Source: Laetmonice hystrix (Eukaryota). Taken from it: 64,000 nt of DNA. The notes below the pieces were generated by a model. It worked only from the letters and a program-made list of their open reading frames with translations. It had not been told where the DNA came from and did not search any database. The position numbers and the translations under genes were made by a program. Shown one piece after another: positions 52,089 to 64,000 of the stretch. The stretch is taken from positions 3,846,001 through 3,910,000 of the forward strand of contig OZ249436.1 of NCBI GenBank assembly GCA_965235115.1. Direction: 5' to 3'. How positions within the stretch are numbered: the first letter of the stretch is position 1; each line of letters starts with the position of its first letter.

Positions 52089-55000
52089 TCACGAGAGAAG
52101 AGAAAACTTGCGGTCCTTCCTGGAAGGGGTACGAGCAAACATGGGCGAGCCTGGGGAGGCCAGCTGGGCCATGTTATCATACACAGACAGCTGGTCCGGG
52201 TTGCCGGTGGCTGAGGCACAGTCTGGGGCCAGGTAGTCGATCTTGAGACGGGCCCCGATCTGCTGCAGGAGTACTGTCTGCTGCTGGGCACACACTTGAA
52301 GACCTCGTAACCTGTGCGCCACAAAACGAAAACCACACTAGGAGGTCAACATGGCACACTTTCACGAAAGTTGGTGGTAAATACATGTAATAAAAAATTA
52401 TCGTTATCTTTGGCCCCTAACCCCGCCGCCCAGACATCCACCAACCTCTAGCCCTGCCCCTAACCTCACCACCCAGACATCCACCAACCTCTAGCCCTGC
52501 CTCTAATCCCGCCGACCAGACATCCACCAACCTCTAGCCCTGCCCCTAACCCCGCCACCCAGACATCCACCAACCTCTAGCCCTGCCCCTAACCCCACCA
52601 CCCAGACATCCACCAAGCTCTAGCCCTGCCCCTAACCCCGCCACCCAGACATCAACCAACCTCTAGCCCTGCCCCTAACCCCGCCGACCAGACATCCACC
52701 AACCTCTAGCCCTGACCCTAACCCCGCCACCCAGACATCCACCAACCTCTAGCCCTGCCCCTAACCCCACCACCCAGACATCCACCAACCTCTAGCCCTG
52801 CCCCTAACCCCGCCACCCAGACATCCACCAAGCTCTAGCCCTGCCCCTAACCCCGCCACCCAGACATCCACCAACCTCTAGCCCTGCCCCTAACCCCGCC
52901 ACCCAGACATCCACCAACCTCTAGCACTGCCCCTAACCCCCCGCCACCCAGACATCCACCAACCTCTAGCCCTGCCCCTAACCCCGCCGACCAGACATCC
53001 ACCAACCTCTAGCCCTGACCCTAACCCCGCCGCAGAGACATCCACCAACCTCTAGCCCTGCCCCTAACCCCGCCGCAGAGACATCCACCAACCTCTAGCC
53101 CTGCCCCTAACCCCGCCACCCAGACATCCACCAACCTCTAGCCCTGCCCCTAACCCCGCCGCCCAGACATCCACCAACCTCTAGCCCTGCCCCTAACCCC
53201 ACCACCCAGACATCCACCAACCTCTAGCCCTGCCCCTAACCCCACCGACCAGACATCCACCAAGCTCTAGCCCTGCCCCTAACCCCACCGACCAGACATC
53301 CACCAACCTCTAGCCCTGCCCCTAACCCCGCCACCCAGACATCCACCAAGCTCTAGCCCTGCCCCTAACCCCGCCACCCAGACATCCACCAACCTCTAGC
53401 CCTGCCCCTAACCCCCTGCCGACCAGACATCCACCAACCTCTAGCCCTGCCCCTAACCCCGCCACCCAGACATCCACCAACCTCTAGCCCTGCCCCTAAC
53501 CCCGCCACCCAGACATCCACCAACCTCTAGCCCTGCCCCTAACCCCACCGACCAGACATCCACCAAGCTCTAGCCCTGCCCCTAACCCCACCGACCAGAC
53601 ATCCACCAACCTCTAGCCCTGCCCCTAACCCCGCCACCCAGACATCCACCAAGCTCTAGCCCTGCCCCTAACCCCGCCACCCAGACATCCACCAACCTCT
53701 AGCCCTGCCCCTACCCCCCCCCCCACCAGACATCCACCAACCTCTAGCCCTGCCCCTAACCCCGCCGCACAGACATTCACCAACCTCTAGGCCTGCCCCT
53801 ACCCCCCCCCCCCCCACCAGACATCCACCAAGCTCTAGCCCTGCCCCTAACCCCGCCACCCAGACATCCACCAACCTCTAGCCCTGCCCCTACCCCCCCC
53901 CCCCCACCAGACATCCACCAACCTCTAGCCCTGCCCCTAACCCCGCCGCACAGACATTCACCAACCTCTACCCCCCCCCCCCCCATCACGCCCATGTTGG
54001 ATAAGAAAAACATCGCGCCCTGACCTGCTTTGATGTTGGCGGAACTCGCGCTCCATTCGTTCTAGTCGTTCTGCCAGACGATCGCGCTTGTCGCGTTGTA
54101 TAAAGTGGACGTTCTGCGAACTCCCAATGGCCAGTCGTTTTAGCTGCGGGAAGTTAGACAGAAACAAGTATCATTAACGGATAACGTTAGACAAAAGGTT
54201 AGACAGAAACAAGTATCATTAACGGATAAAGTTAGACAGAAACAAGTATCATTAACGGATAAAGTTAGACAGAAACAAGTATCATTAACGGATAAAGTTA
54301 GACAGAAACAAGTTTTAGCTGCGTCAAGTTAGACAGAAACAAGTATCATTAAATAATGTTAGACAAAAACAAGTTTTAGCTGCGGGAAGTTAGACCAGTA
54401 GATCATTTCGTTACACACTCATACCTTGTGCCACCACCAGTGAATCGTTTCGTTACACAGTCATACCTTGTGCCACCACCAGTGGATCGTTTCGTTACAC
54501 AGTCATACCTTGTGCCACTACCAGTGGATCGTTTCGTTACACAGTCATACCTTGTGCCACCACCAATGGATCGTTTCGTTACACAGTCATACCTTGTGCC
54601 ACCACCAGTGGATCGTTTCGTTACAAAGTCATACCTTGTGCCACCACCAGTAGATCGTTTCGTTACACTGTCATACCTTGTGCCACCACCAGTGGATCGT
54701 TTCGTTACACAGTCATACCTTGTGCCACCACCAGTGGATCGTTTCGTTACACTGTCATACCTTGTGCCACCACCAGTGGATCGTTTCGTTACACAGTCAT
54801 ACCTTGTGCCACCACCAATGGATTGTTTCGTTACACAGTCATACCTTGTGCCACCACCAGTGGATTGTTTCGTTACACTGTCATACCTTGTGCCACCACC
54901 AGTGGATTGTTTCGTTACACAGTCATACCTTGTGCCACCACCAGTGGATCGTTTCGTTACACAGTCATACCTTGTGCCACCACCAGTAGATCGTTTCGTT

Positions 55001-58000
55001 ACACTGTCATACCTTGTGCCACCACCAGTGGATCGTTTCGTTACACAGTCATACCTTGTGCCACCACCAGTGGATCGTTTCGTTACACTGTCATACCTTG
55101 TGCCACCACCACTGGATCGTTTCGTTACACAGTCATACCTTGTGCCACCACCAGTGGATTGTTTCGTTACAGTCATACCTTGTGCCACCACCAGTGGATC
55201 GTTTCGTTACACTGTCATACCTTGTGCCACCACCAGTAGATCGTTTCGTTACACTGTCATACCTTGTGCCACCACCAGTAGATCGTTTCGTTACACTGTC
55301 ATACCTTGTGCCACCACCAGTGGATCGTTTCGTTACACAGTCATACCTTGTGCCACCACCAGTGGATCGTTTCGTTACACTGTCATACCTTGTGCCACCA
55401 CCAGTGGATCGTTTCGTTACACAGTCATACCTTGTGCCACCACCAGTGGATTGTTTCGTTACAGTCATACCTTGTGCCACCACCAGTGGATCGTTTCGTT
55501 ACACTGTCATACCTTGTGCCACCACCAGTGGATCGTTTCGTTACACTGTCATACCTTGTGCCACCACCAGTGAATCGTTAGGTACACAGTCATACCTTGT
55601 GCCACCACCAGTGGATCGTTAGGTACACAGTCATACCTTGTGCCACCACCAGTGGATTGTTTCGTTACACAGTCATACCTTGTGCCACCACCAGTGGATC
55701 GTTTCGTTACACAGTCATACCTTGTGCCACCACCAGTGGATCGTTTCGTTACACAGTCATACCTTGTGCCACCACCAGTGGATCGTTTCGTTACACAGTC
55801 ATACCTTGTGCCACCACCAGTGGATCGTTTCGTTACACAGTCATACCTTGTGCCACCACCAATGGATCGTTTCGTTACACTGTCATACCTTGTGCCACCA
55901 CCAATGGATCGTTTCGTTACACTGTCATACCTTGTGCCACCACCAATGGATCGTTTCGTTACACAGTCATACCTTGTGCCACCACCAGTGGATTGTTTCG
56001 TTTGGTTTGATGACGGCCCTCCGGACGTATACCTTCCGTTGTAACCACCGTGGCATTGTGTTCTCAAAGTTGTACAATAAATCCACCTGCAAGACAACAC
56101 AGGCATGTTTACTTCACAAACCAGCAGGATCTATATTATATCTCACAATGCACTCAGTGATAACGCCTGTAGGACTACTATATCTCATAATGCACTCAGT
56201 GATACCGCCTGTAGGACTATTATATCTCATAATGCACTCAGTGATAACGCCTGTAGGACTATTATATCTCACAATGCACTCAGTGATACCGCCTGTAGGA
56301 CTATTATAATTCGATCAGTTATACCGACCTGTAGGGCTATACGTTTTAAGTACGCATTCCTTTGGATCTTTTCAATGTCACCAACAGCTATACCGATCTG
56401 TAAAGAAAAGATATCGTATCGTATGTTGGCATGTTTTTGTTTGTGTGTTAAGGTTATAAATGTGACAACTTCTATAGATTTTGCCAAGAAACTGGGCAGT
56501 TTGTGAACAATATGGAATATAAAGGGCCTTATCCACTAAGCCGGTCAGCCGATTCTGAAAATACACCAGTATGGTTGGCTCTACTATACTGAGGACGTGA
56601 ACGGTGAAGCTCAGTTTTTGTCCCTTTACTGTCCGATTACGCCTCCCTTTTCTAGTTCGTCCACAGAAGTCAGCAGTGCTTGATATGGCCGGAGGTGATC
56701 AGGCTGGGGAAGGTCATGTATGGCAACATCTCCATTTGGTGGTTACAACTCAAAATCTATAATCACAATGTCAACCTCCATCCAAAACCTATCGGCATCC
56801 CTACCCCCAGACAAAGCCCTCTGTCCCTGCCCCTGCACCCAACCCCCAATTGTGAAGAAATGTCACCATAGGTTACCCACCATGTCACCAAGGGTTACCC
56901 ACCATGTCACCAAGGGTTACCCACCATGTCACCAAGGGTTACCCACCATGTCACCAAGGGTTACCCACCATGTCACCAAGGGTTACCCACCATGTCACCA
57001 AGGGTTACCCACCATGTCACCAAGGGTTACCCACCATGTCACCAAGGGTTACCCACCGTGTCACCAAGGGTTACCCACCATGTCACCAAGGGTTACCCAC
57101 CAGGTCACCAAGGGTTACCCACCATGTCACCAAGGGTTATCCACCATGTCACCAAGGGTTACCCACCATGTCACCAAGGGTTACTCACCATGTCACCAAG
57201 GGTTACCCACCGTGTCACCAAGGGTTACCCACCATGTCACCAAGGGTTACCCACCATGTCACCAAGGGTTACCCACCATGTCACCAAGGGTTACCCACCA
57301 TGTCACCAAGGGTTACCCACCGTGTCACCAAGGGTTACCCACCGTGTCACCAAAGGTTACCCACCGTGTCACCAAGGGTTACCCACCGTGTCACCAAGGG
57401 TTACCCACCGTGTCACCAAGGGTTACCCACCGTGTCACCAAAGGTTACCCACCGTGTCACCAAGGGTTACCCACCATGTCACCAAGGGTCACCAAGGGTT
57501 ACCCACCATGTCACCAAGGGTTACCCACCATGTCACCAAGGGTTACCCACCATGTCACCAAGGGTTACCCACCATGTCACCAAGGGTTACCCACCATGAG
57601 GTTCATGAGGACAAGGGGCATGAGGAAGAGGAAGATGACGAGCAGGATGTAAACATCCGCTTGGAACGGTTTGAGGTCAGGGGTGACGAAGTTATCGACG
57701 AACTCGATCTCTCCCAGCGTCATGACGAACGTATTGAGGACGGCCGTCCCGATACTCCCGAATACTTCCTGTAACCAAGACAACGGTTTACCAAACCCTG
57801 GCATAACATATGGTCACGACAATTATAATAAAGACGATTTATTTAGTGTGTGATGGGTCTACACCATTTATAGTTGTTACAAGCGTTCGTACAAGAGTGT
57901 GAATCTTGTTAGGACACCAAGTATAACATTAAGATCCACTGTTACTAACTGTCAAACAGTTTTGATGACTTTTAACTGAATTACAGATAAGATGTAATAC

Positions 58001-61000
58001 TTTGAGCATGTTTCCATTATTTTGGATTATCATTAGATCAATCAATGATAAAAGCATGCAAATAAACTGTCGAGAGGGTTTGAGGAATTAGGTATGTATA
58101 CACCACTAGTCGAGAACATATAATATTATACGTCTCAAGTCAACACCCTTCTATAAGAATGGACTCTCTCCTTTTGTTAGTGACAACGAATGAACTCATG
58201 AACATCATCGTTCGGCCCCATGCCTCTTTAGTACAGTCAGAATGAGAAACATAAAACTATCTTTACTTACCCAACGCTCCTAAAACACGTGTTAATGACA
58301 GCAGAAAATAGGAAGGTCTTTAGTTTCTCCACTAATACACCGAACATTAGCACAATTAAACAGCTCAAAAGAAGAAGATTAGCCTATCTCTTCGATTTAA
58401 TAATATTGTTAGCAGATTAATTGTTAGAAAATAATCAAATAAAATGTTTTCAATTGTTAATTTCTGAAGACACTCCCTATGATAGCTGAACGCCTCGCCT
58501 GGACCCGACCTGACAGAATATGCGAGATCACACTTAGCCAAAATTGGTGGAGAAGAAATTGGGTTTCCAGGACGCACTTGTTAGCAATTTAAAGGGGCAC
58601 CTAAATGTCCAAAATGACACTATTTCAGAATTTTCGGAAGGGTTAACTGTCTCCCCCCCCCCGGTCCAGGATATTGGAAAGAGGAGGGGTGGTCATGAGG
58701 ACCAACTGGCAAAAGGGGGTCAAACGGGGATCATTCGGAAAGAACTAACTTGAACAGAAAATGGAGAAAACTTGGTGCCAAAGAGGATGGGTCAGACCTC
58801 GTGAACCCCCTATGTTCGCCCCTGCCCTTCTCATGCACCTGGATGTAACCAACCTTTTGGTCACCCTTCTCCTGGGTGTACATGAGGACGTAGAAGGACC
58901 CGGCAAAGGCCCAGCAGAAGAAGAAATAGACGAGAACAGCCTATCCGAATCAAAGAGATGTTAAATATTATTTCCACTATGACCATGGCATGAAGTGCTG
59001 TTGGGAACCAAGAAGGCAGTGTGATGTGTAACGTCGTGATAAAAGCGCGCCAGAACGTACACTGCTTCTCCAAAATTCATGTTCCGCTCAAGAACAGGAA
59101 AACCAGAAGAGCCTGTGGCAAGAAACCGTCAGTGTATAGAAGTGCTATGTGACCGACGTGACGGGTGTATAGAAGTGCTATGTGACCGACGTGACGGGTG
59201 GACAAACACACGATGGGTCCAGTATCTGAAACCTAAAACCCAGTGGCAGCAGCAGCAGCAGGTGTTGGCCACCTACCGGTAAAATAAGACGCATGGTGCC
59301 GTAAAAGGCATTGGCAAACGCACAGCTGAAGAACAGCCACAGCGACGACACCTGCAAATTAGGGTCCGACAAAAAATGACAATGAAACATACAATTTTCA
59401 TCATTTAATAGAAGTACTAAACAGAACTACATAACTTGTTACACAATTATCTTACATCTGCTGTCTTTAAATTATGCACGTCTTGCCTAGGATGTGTATC
59501 TTGATACACTTGTACAATCATGTAACTTTTATACCTGTTGTACTTATCTGTCGTTTGCATCTTCAAAAAACACCAGGCCCATTCAGAAAGATTTCACTCT
59601 TTGATTTTGTTAACACATTCCAGATCAACGAAATTCCTGTAATCTTCTAGCTAACTAAAACTGATTACGACGAAAGTGTTCTTGTACATTTGTTTGTTTA
59701 ATTTCGTATAAACTATTATGTGGCTTCACGTCTAGTCACCAATGCACTTAACGTACACTGACACTGCGACTTGTTTGTAAGTGATTTACTTAGTAATGGT
59801 AACTTTCTGGGAAATGTACAATACAAAAATACCTTACCTTTAATAAACTGCTTAGCACGGTCACAAACATTATGACGTATATTCCTACAAAGTCGATCCT
59901 GTAAAATTAGAAGCCATGATGTGATTCGTAGTGTTGAAGGACAAAGAAAGGTCATAACGTGTCTTCTCATACAAATCAAGAATTCGGGTGAATCTGTCGT
60001 TACTTTGTCTCAACTATTGACACCGTTTTCTGCCGCAGATGTTATAGAACAGTTAAATGACATGTTTTGATGAAAAACGCTTCCATTGTTGTTGAAAGCC
60101 CTCAGTAGATTTAAAACATCGACCCTGCACACTTTGTCAACTAAGGCCATCTACACATGGAAAATAAAATAAAATCACTTCAAGATGAAATTGCCATCAA
60201 AGTATAAGTATGATAAAGTTTATGCTAAGATGGTGAGTGTACACCTATCGGCGGAGGTACATGATAAAGTTTATCCTAAGATGGTGAGTGTACACCTACC
60301 GGCGGAGGTACATGATAAAGTTTATACTAAGATGGTGAGTGTACACCTATCGGCGGAGGTACATGATAAAGTTTATACTAAGATGGTGAGTGTACACATA
60401 CCGGCGGAGGTACATGATAAAGTTTATCCTAAGATGGTGAGTGTACACCTACCGGCGGAGGTACATGATAAAGTTTATACTAAGATGGTGAGTGTACACA
60501 TACCGGCGGAGGTACATGATAAAGTTTATACTAAGATGGTGAGTGTACACCTACCGGCGGAGGTACATGATAAAGTTTATACTAAGATGGTGAGTGTACA
60601 CATACCGGCGGAGGTACATGATAAAGTTTATACTAAGATGGTGAGTGTACACATACCGGCGGAGGTACATGATAAAGTTTATACTAAGATGGTGAGTGTA
60701 CACCTACCGGCGGAGGTACATGATAAAGTTTATACTAAGATGGTGAGTGTACACCTACCGGCGGAGGTACATGATAAAGTTTATACTAAGATGGTGAGTG
60801 TACACATACCGGCGGAGGTACATGATAAAGTTTATACTAAGATGGTGAGTGTACACCTACCGGCGGAGGTACATGATACAGTTTATACTAAGATGGTGAG
60901 TGTACACCTACCGGCGGAGGTACATGATACAGTTTATACTAAGATGGTGAGTGTACACCTACCGGCGGAGGTACATGATAAAGTTGATGCTAAGATGGTG

Positions 61001-63673
61001 AGTGTACACCTACCGGCGGAGGTACATGATAAAGTTGATGCTAAGATGGTGATTATACACCTATCGGCGGAGGTACATGATAAAGTTTATGCTAAGATGG
61101 TGAGTGTACACCTACCGGCGGAGGTACATGATAAAGTCTATACTAAGATGGTGAGTGTACACCTACCGGCGGAGGTACATGATAAAGTTTATACTAAGAT
61201 GGTGAGTGTACACCTACCGGCGGAGGTACATGATAAAGTTTATACTAAGATGGTGAGTGTACACATACCGGCGGAGGTACATGATAAAGTTTATACTAAG
61301 ATGGTGAGTGTACACCTACCGGCGGAGGTACATGATACAGTTTATACTAAGATGGTGAGTGTACACCTACCGGCGGAGGTACATGATACAGTTTATACTA
61401 AGATGGTGAGTGTACACCTACCGGCGGAGGTACATGATAAAGTTTATACTAAGATGGTGAGTGTACACCTACCGGCGGAGGTACATGATAAAGTTTATAC
61501 TAAGATGGTGAGTGTACACATACCGGCGGAGGTACATGATAAAGTTTATACTAAGATGGTGAGTGTACACATACCGGCGGAGGTACATGATAAAGTTTAT
61601 GCTAAGATGGTGAGTGTACACCTACCGGCGGAGGTACATGATAAAGTTTATGCTAAGATGGTGAGTGTACACCTACCGGCGGAGGTACATGATAAAGTTT
61701 ATGCTAAGATGGTGAGTGTACACCTACCGGCGGAGGTACATGATAAAGTTGATGCTAAGATGGTGAGTGTACACCTACCGGCGGAGGTACATGATAAAGT
61801 TGATGCTAAGATGGTGAGTGTACACCTACCGGCGGAGGTACATGATAAAGTTGATGCTAAGATGGTGATTATACACCTATCGGCGGAGGTACATGATAAA
61901 GTTTATGCTAAGATGGTGAGTGTACACCTACCGGCGGAGGTACATGATAAAGTCTATGTTAAGATGGTGAGTGTACACCTACCGGCGGAGGTACATGATA
62001 AAGTCTATGCTAAGATGGTGAGTGTACACCTACCGGCGGAGGTACATGATAAAGTTTATACTAAGATGGTGAGTGTACACCTACCGGCGGAGGTACATGA
62101 TAAAGTTTATACTAAGATGGTGAGTGTACACCTACCGGCGGAGGTACATGATAAAGTTTATACTAAGATGGTGAGTGTACACCTACCGGCGGAGGTACAT
62201 GATAAAGTTTATACTAAGATGGTGAGTGTACACCTACCGGCGGAGGTACATGATAAAGTTTATACTAAGATGGTGAGTGTACACCTACCGGCGGAGGTAC
62301 ATGATAAAGTTTATACTAAGATGGTGAGTGTACACCTACCGGCGGAGGTACATGATAAAGTTTATACTAAGATGGTGAGTGTACACCTACCGGCGGAGGT
62401 ACATGATAAAGTTTATACTAAGATGGTGAGTGTACACCTACCGGCGGAGGTACATGATAAAGTTTATACTAAGATGGTGAGTGCACACCTACCGGCGGAG
62501 GTACATGATAAAGTTTATACTAAGATGGTGAGTGTACACATACCGGCGGAGGTACATGATAAAGTTTATACTAAGATGGTGAGTGTACACCTACCGGCGG
62601 AGGTACATGATAAAGTTTATACTAAGATGGTGAGTGTAAACCTACCGGCGGAGGTACAGGATAAAGTTTATACTAAGATGGTGAGTGTAAACCTACCGGC
62701 GGAGGTACATGATAAAGTTTATGCTAAGATGTACACCTACCGGCGGAGGTACATGATAAAGTCTATGCTAAGATGGTGAGTGTACACCTACCGGCGGAGG
62801 TACATGATAAAGTTTATACTAAGATGGTGAGTGTACACCTACCGGCGGAGGTACAGGATAAAGTTTATACTAAGATGGTGAGTGTAAACCTACCGGCGGA
62901 GGTACAGGATAAAGTTTATACTAAGATGGTGAGTGTAAACCTACCGGCGGAGGTACATGATAAAGTTTATACTAAGATGGTGAGTGTAAACCTACCGGCG
63001 GAGGTACATGATAAAGTTTATACTAAGATGGTGAGTGTAAACCTACCGGCGGAGGTACATGATAAAGTTTATACTAAGATGGTGAGTGTAAACCTACCGG
63101 CGGAGGTACATGATAAAGTTTATACTAAGATGGTGAGTGTAAACCTACCGGCGGAGGTACATGATAAAGTTTATACTAAGATGGTGAGTGTACACCTACC
63201 GGCGGAGGTACATGATAAAGTTTATACTAAGATGGTGAGTGTACACCTACCGGCGGAGGGACATGATAAAGTTTATACTAAGATGGTGAGTGTAAACCTA
63301 CCGGCGGAGGTACATGATAAAGTTTATACTAAGATGGTGAGTGTAAACCTACCGGCGGAGGTACATGATAAAGTTTATACTAAGATGGTGAGTGTACACC
63401 TACCGGCGGAGGTACATGATAAAGTTTATACTAAGATGGTGAGTGTAAACCTACCGGCGGAGGGACATGATAAAGTTTATACTAAGATGGTGAGTGTACT
63501 ACCTACCGGCGGAGGTACATGATAAAGTTGATCCATGCCATGAAGAGAGCGAGCCAGCCAGCCCGCCACTGACGCAGACACGGATAGTACCCGATCGGGT
63601 AGATGAACGCGTATGTAGTCGCAACCAGAATCAACGCTATCAGATTGAAGACGTTGAAAAAATATTTAAATCC
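52089..63673 (-). CDS. TRPA1: TRPA1-like transient receptor potential channel, S3 to C-terminus (ankyrin region outside window)
   Basis: Exons 63673-63507 (QWRAGWLALFMAWINFIMYLRR), 59898-59838 (IDFVGIYVIMFVTVLSSLLK), S5 exon 59351-59277 or 58940-58854, 57768-57595 (NTFVMTLGEIEF...MPLVLMNLM), 56397-56329 (IGIAVGDIEKIQRNAYLKRIALQ), 56086-55973, 54143-54025, 52311-52089. Phases are consistent; matches recalled TRPA1 S4-S6 and TRP-like helix. Orthology within TRPA is not established. Confidence 0.9.
52413..53975 (-). repeat. 43-bp G-rich (on pre-mRNA strand) minisatellite, ~36 copies, last TRPA intron
   Basis: Plus-strand unit CCCCTAACCCCGCCACCCAGACATCCACCAACCTCTAGCCCTG. Confidence 0.95.
54138..54396 (-). 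repeat. Degenerate array copying a TRPA acceptor region
   Basis: Plus-strand TTTTAGCTGCGGGAAGTTAGAC (acceptor GCAG|CTAAAA on minus) at 54138, ~54313, ~54374, with AAGTTAGACAGAAACAAGTATCATTAACGGATA units between. Confidence 0.8.
54396..56002 (-). repeat. 42-bp array, ~38 copies of TRPA exon end plus donor
   Basis: Minus-strand unit AACGAAACGATCCACTGGTGGTGGCACAAG|GTATGACTGTGT; real donor at 55973/55972. Confidence 0.96.
56132..56342 (-). repeat. ~43-bp array, ~4 copies with inactivated donor copies
   Basis: Minus-strand ATAGTCCTACAG|GCGGTAT or GCGTTAT copies versus the real ATAGCCCTACAG|GTCGGTAT at 56329. Confidence 0.75.
56861..57598 (-). repeat. 22-bp array, ~33 copies seeded on TRPA S6 donor
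   Basis: Minus-strand unit CATG|GTGGGTAACCCTTGGTGA; real donor at 57595/57594. Confidence 0.96.
58271..58279 (-). CDS. Candidate 9-nt microexon (ERW) of TRPA1-like gene
   Basis: Minus strand: TTTTCTGCTGTCATTAACACGTGTTTTAG|GAGCGTTGG|GTAAGTAAAG in a phase-0 intron. Confidence 0.45.
58854..58940 (-). CDS. TRPA S5 exon, variant B
   Basis: GATAG|...AAG|GTTGGT, 87 nt, AVLVYFFFCWAFAGSFYVLMYTQEKGDQK. Confidence 0.8.
59277..59351 (-). CDS. TRPA S5 exon, variant A
   Basis: TTTGCAG|...CCG|GTAGGT, 75 nt, VSSLWLFFSCAFANAFYGTMRLILP. Confidence 0.75.
60209..63533 (-). repeat. 51-bp array, ~65 copies of TRPA S4 exon end plus donor
   Basis: Minus-strand unit AAACTTTATCATGTACCTCCGCCG|GTAGGTGTACACTCACCATCTTAGTAT; real donor at 63507/63506. 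Confidence 0.97.
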
Positions 63674-64000
63674 CTAAAAAAAGAAAGAAGATCATTGGCC
63701 TACTCCATTTGGCTATAAGGGGAGGCAAGAATAAAGTGATCATACTTCCTCCGGGTATAGACTGTCTATCATATTCTGTGCACACTGTATGTACCGAAAT
63801 GGTGATTTTGTTGAATTCAAAAGGTCACAATGTCGACGATTCACACTCTTGACGATTAAAACGAAGGTTAAACACGACGAATTGTAGACCTAAATTAGTC
63901 AAAAATACCTCTTATAATGGCCATCTTGTTGTAGGCCAATTTATCACGGATTATATATTTACCTTATATCCTAAATATCGTACAAATGTCATCGATTTCC

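Noticed and set aside
60185..63522. 864-aa and 249-aa plus-strand ORFs (VSVHLPAEVHDKVYTKM)n
   Set aside because: They are the antisense reading of a 51-bp intronic array of the TRPA gene, open only because the unit is a stop-free multiple of three.

Overview
Eukaryotic genomic DNA from an invertebrate animal (probably a lophotrochozoan; species not determinable) with GT-AG spliced genes. I reconstructed by hand: the last five exons of a stereocilin/otoancorin-like gene (+, 49-4681), RPS9 (+), a 17-coding-exon ABCG2-like half transporter (+), a class A GPCR (+) with an upstream decayed paralogue, a two-exon mGluR-like class C GPCR (+), and the 3' (S3 to C-terminus) part of a TRPA1-like channel (-). 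About a third of the window is tandem minisatellite; most long ORFs in the supplied track are artefacts of these repeats. Two patterns stand out. (1) About a dozen tandem arrays or duplications are built from exon-intron junctions, so real splice sites are flanked by 1 to ~65 decoy copies. Nearly all donor decoys sit behind an in-frame stop, but one ABCG2 array is fully in-frame. (2) The TRPA1-like gene carries two intact, collinear alternative S5 exons (probably mutually exclusive), a decayed third copy and a candidate 9-nt microexon before the pore helix. Several palindromic MITE-like elements are present, some with target-site duplications supported by local empty sites. All gene models are manual and unverified by transcript data.
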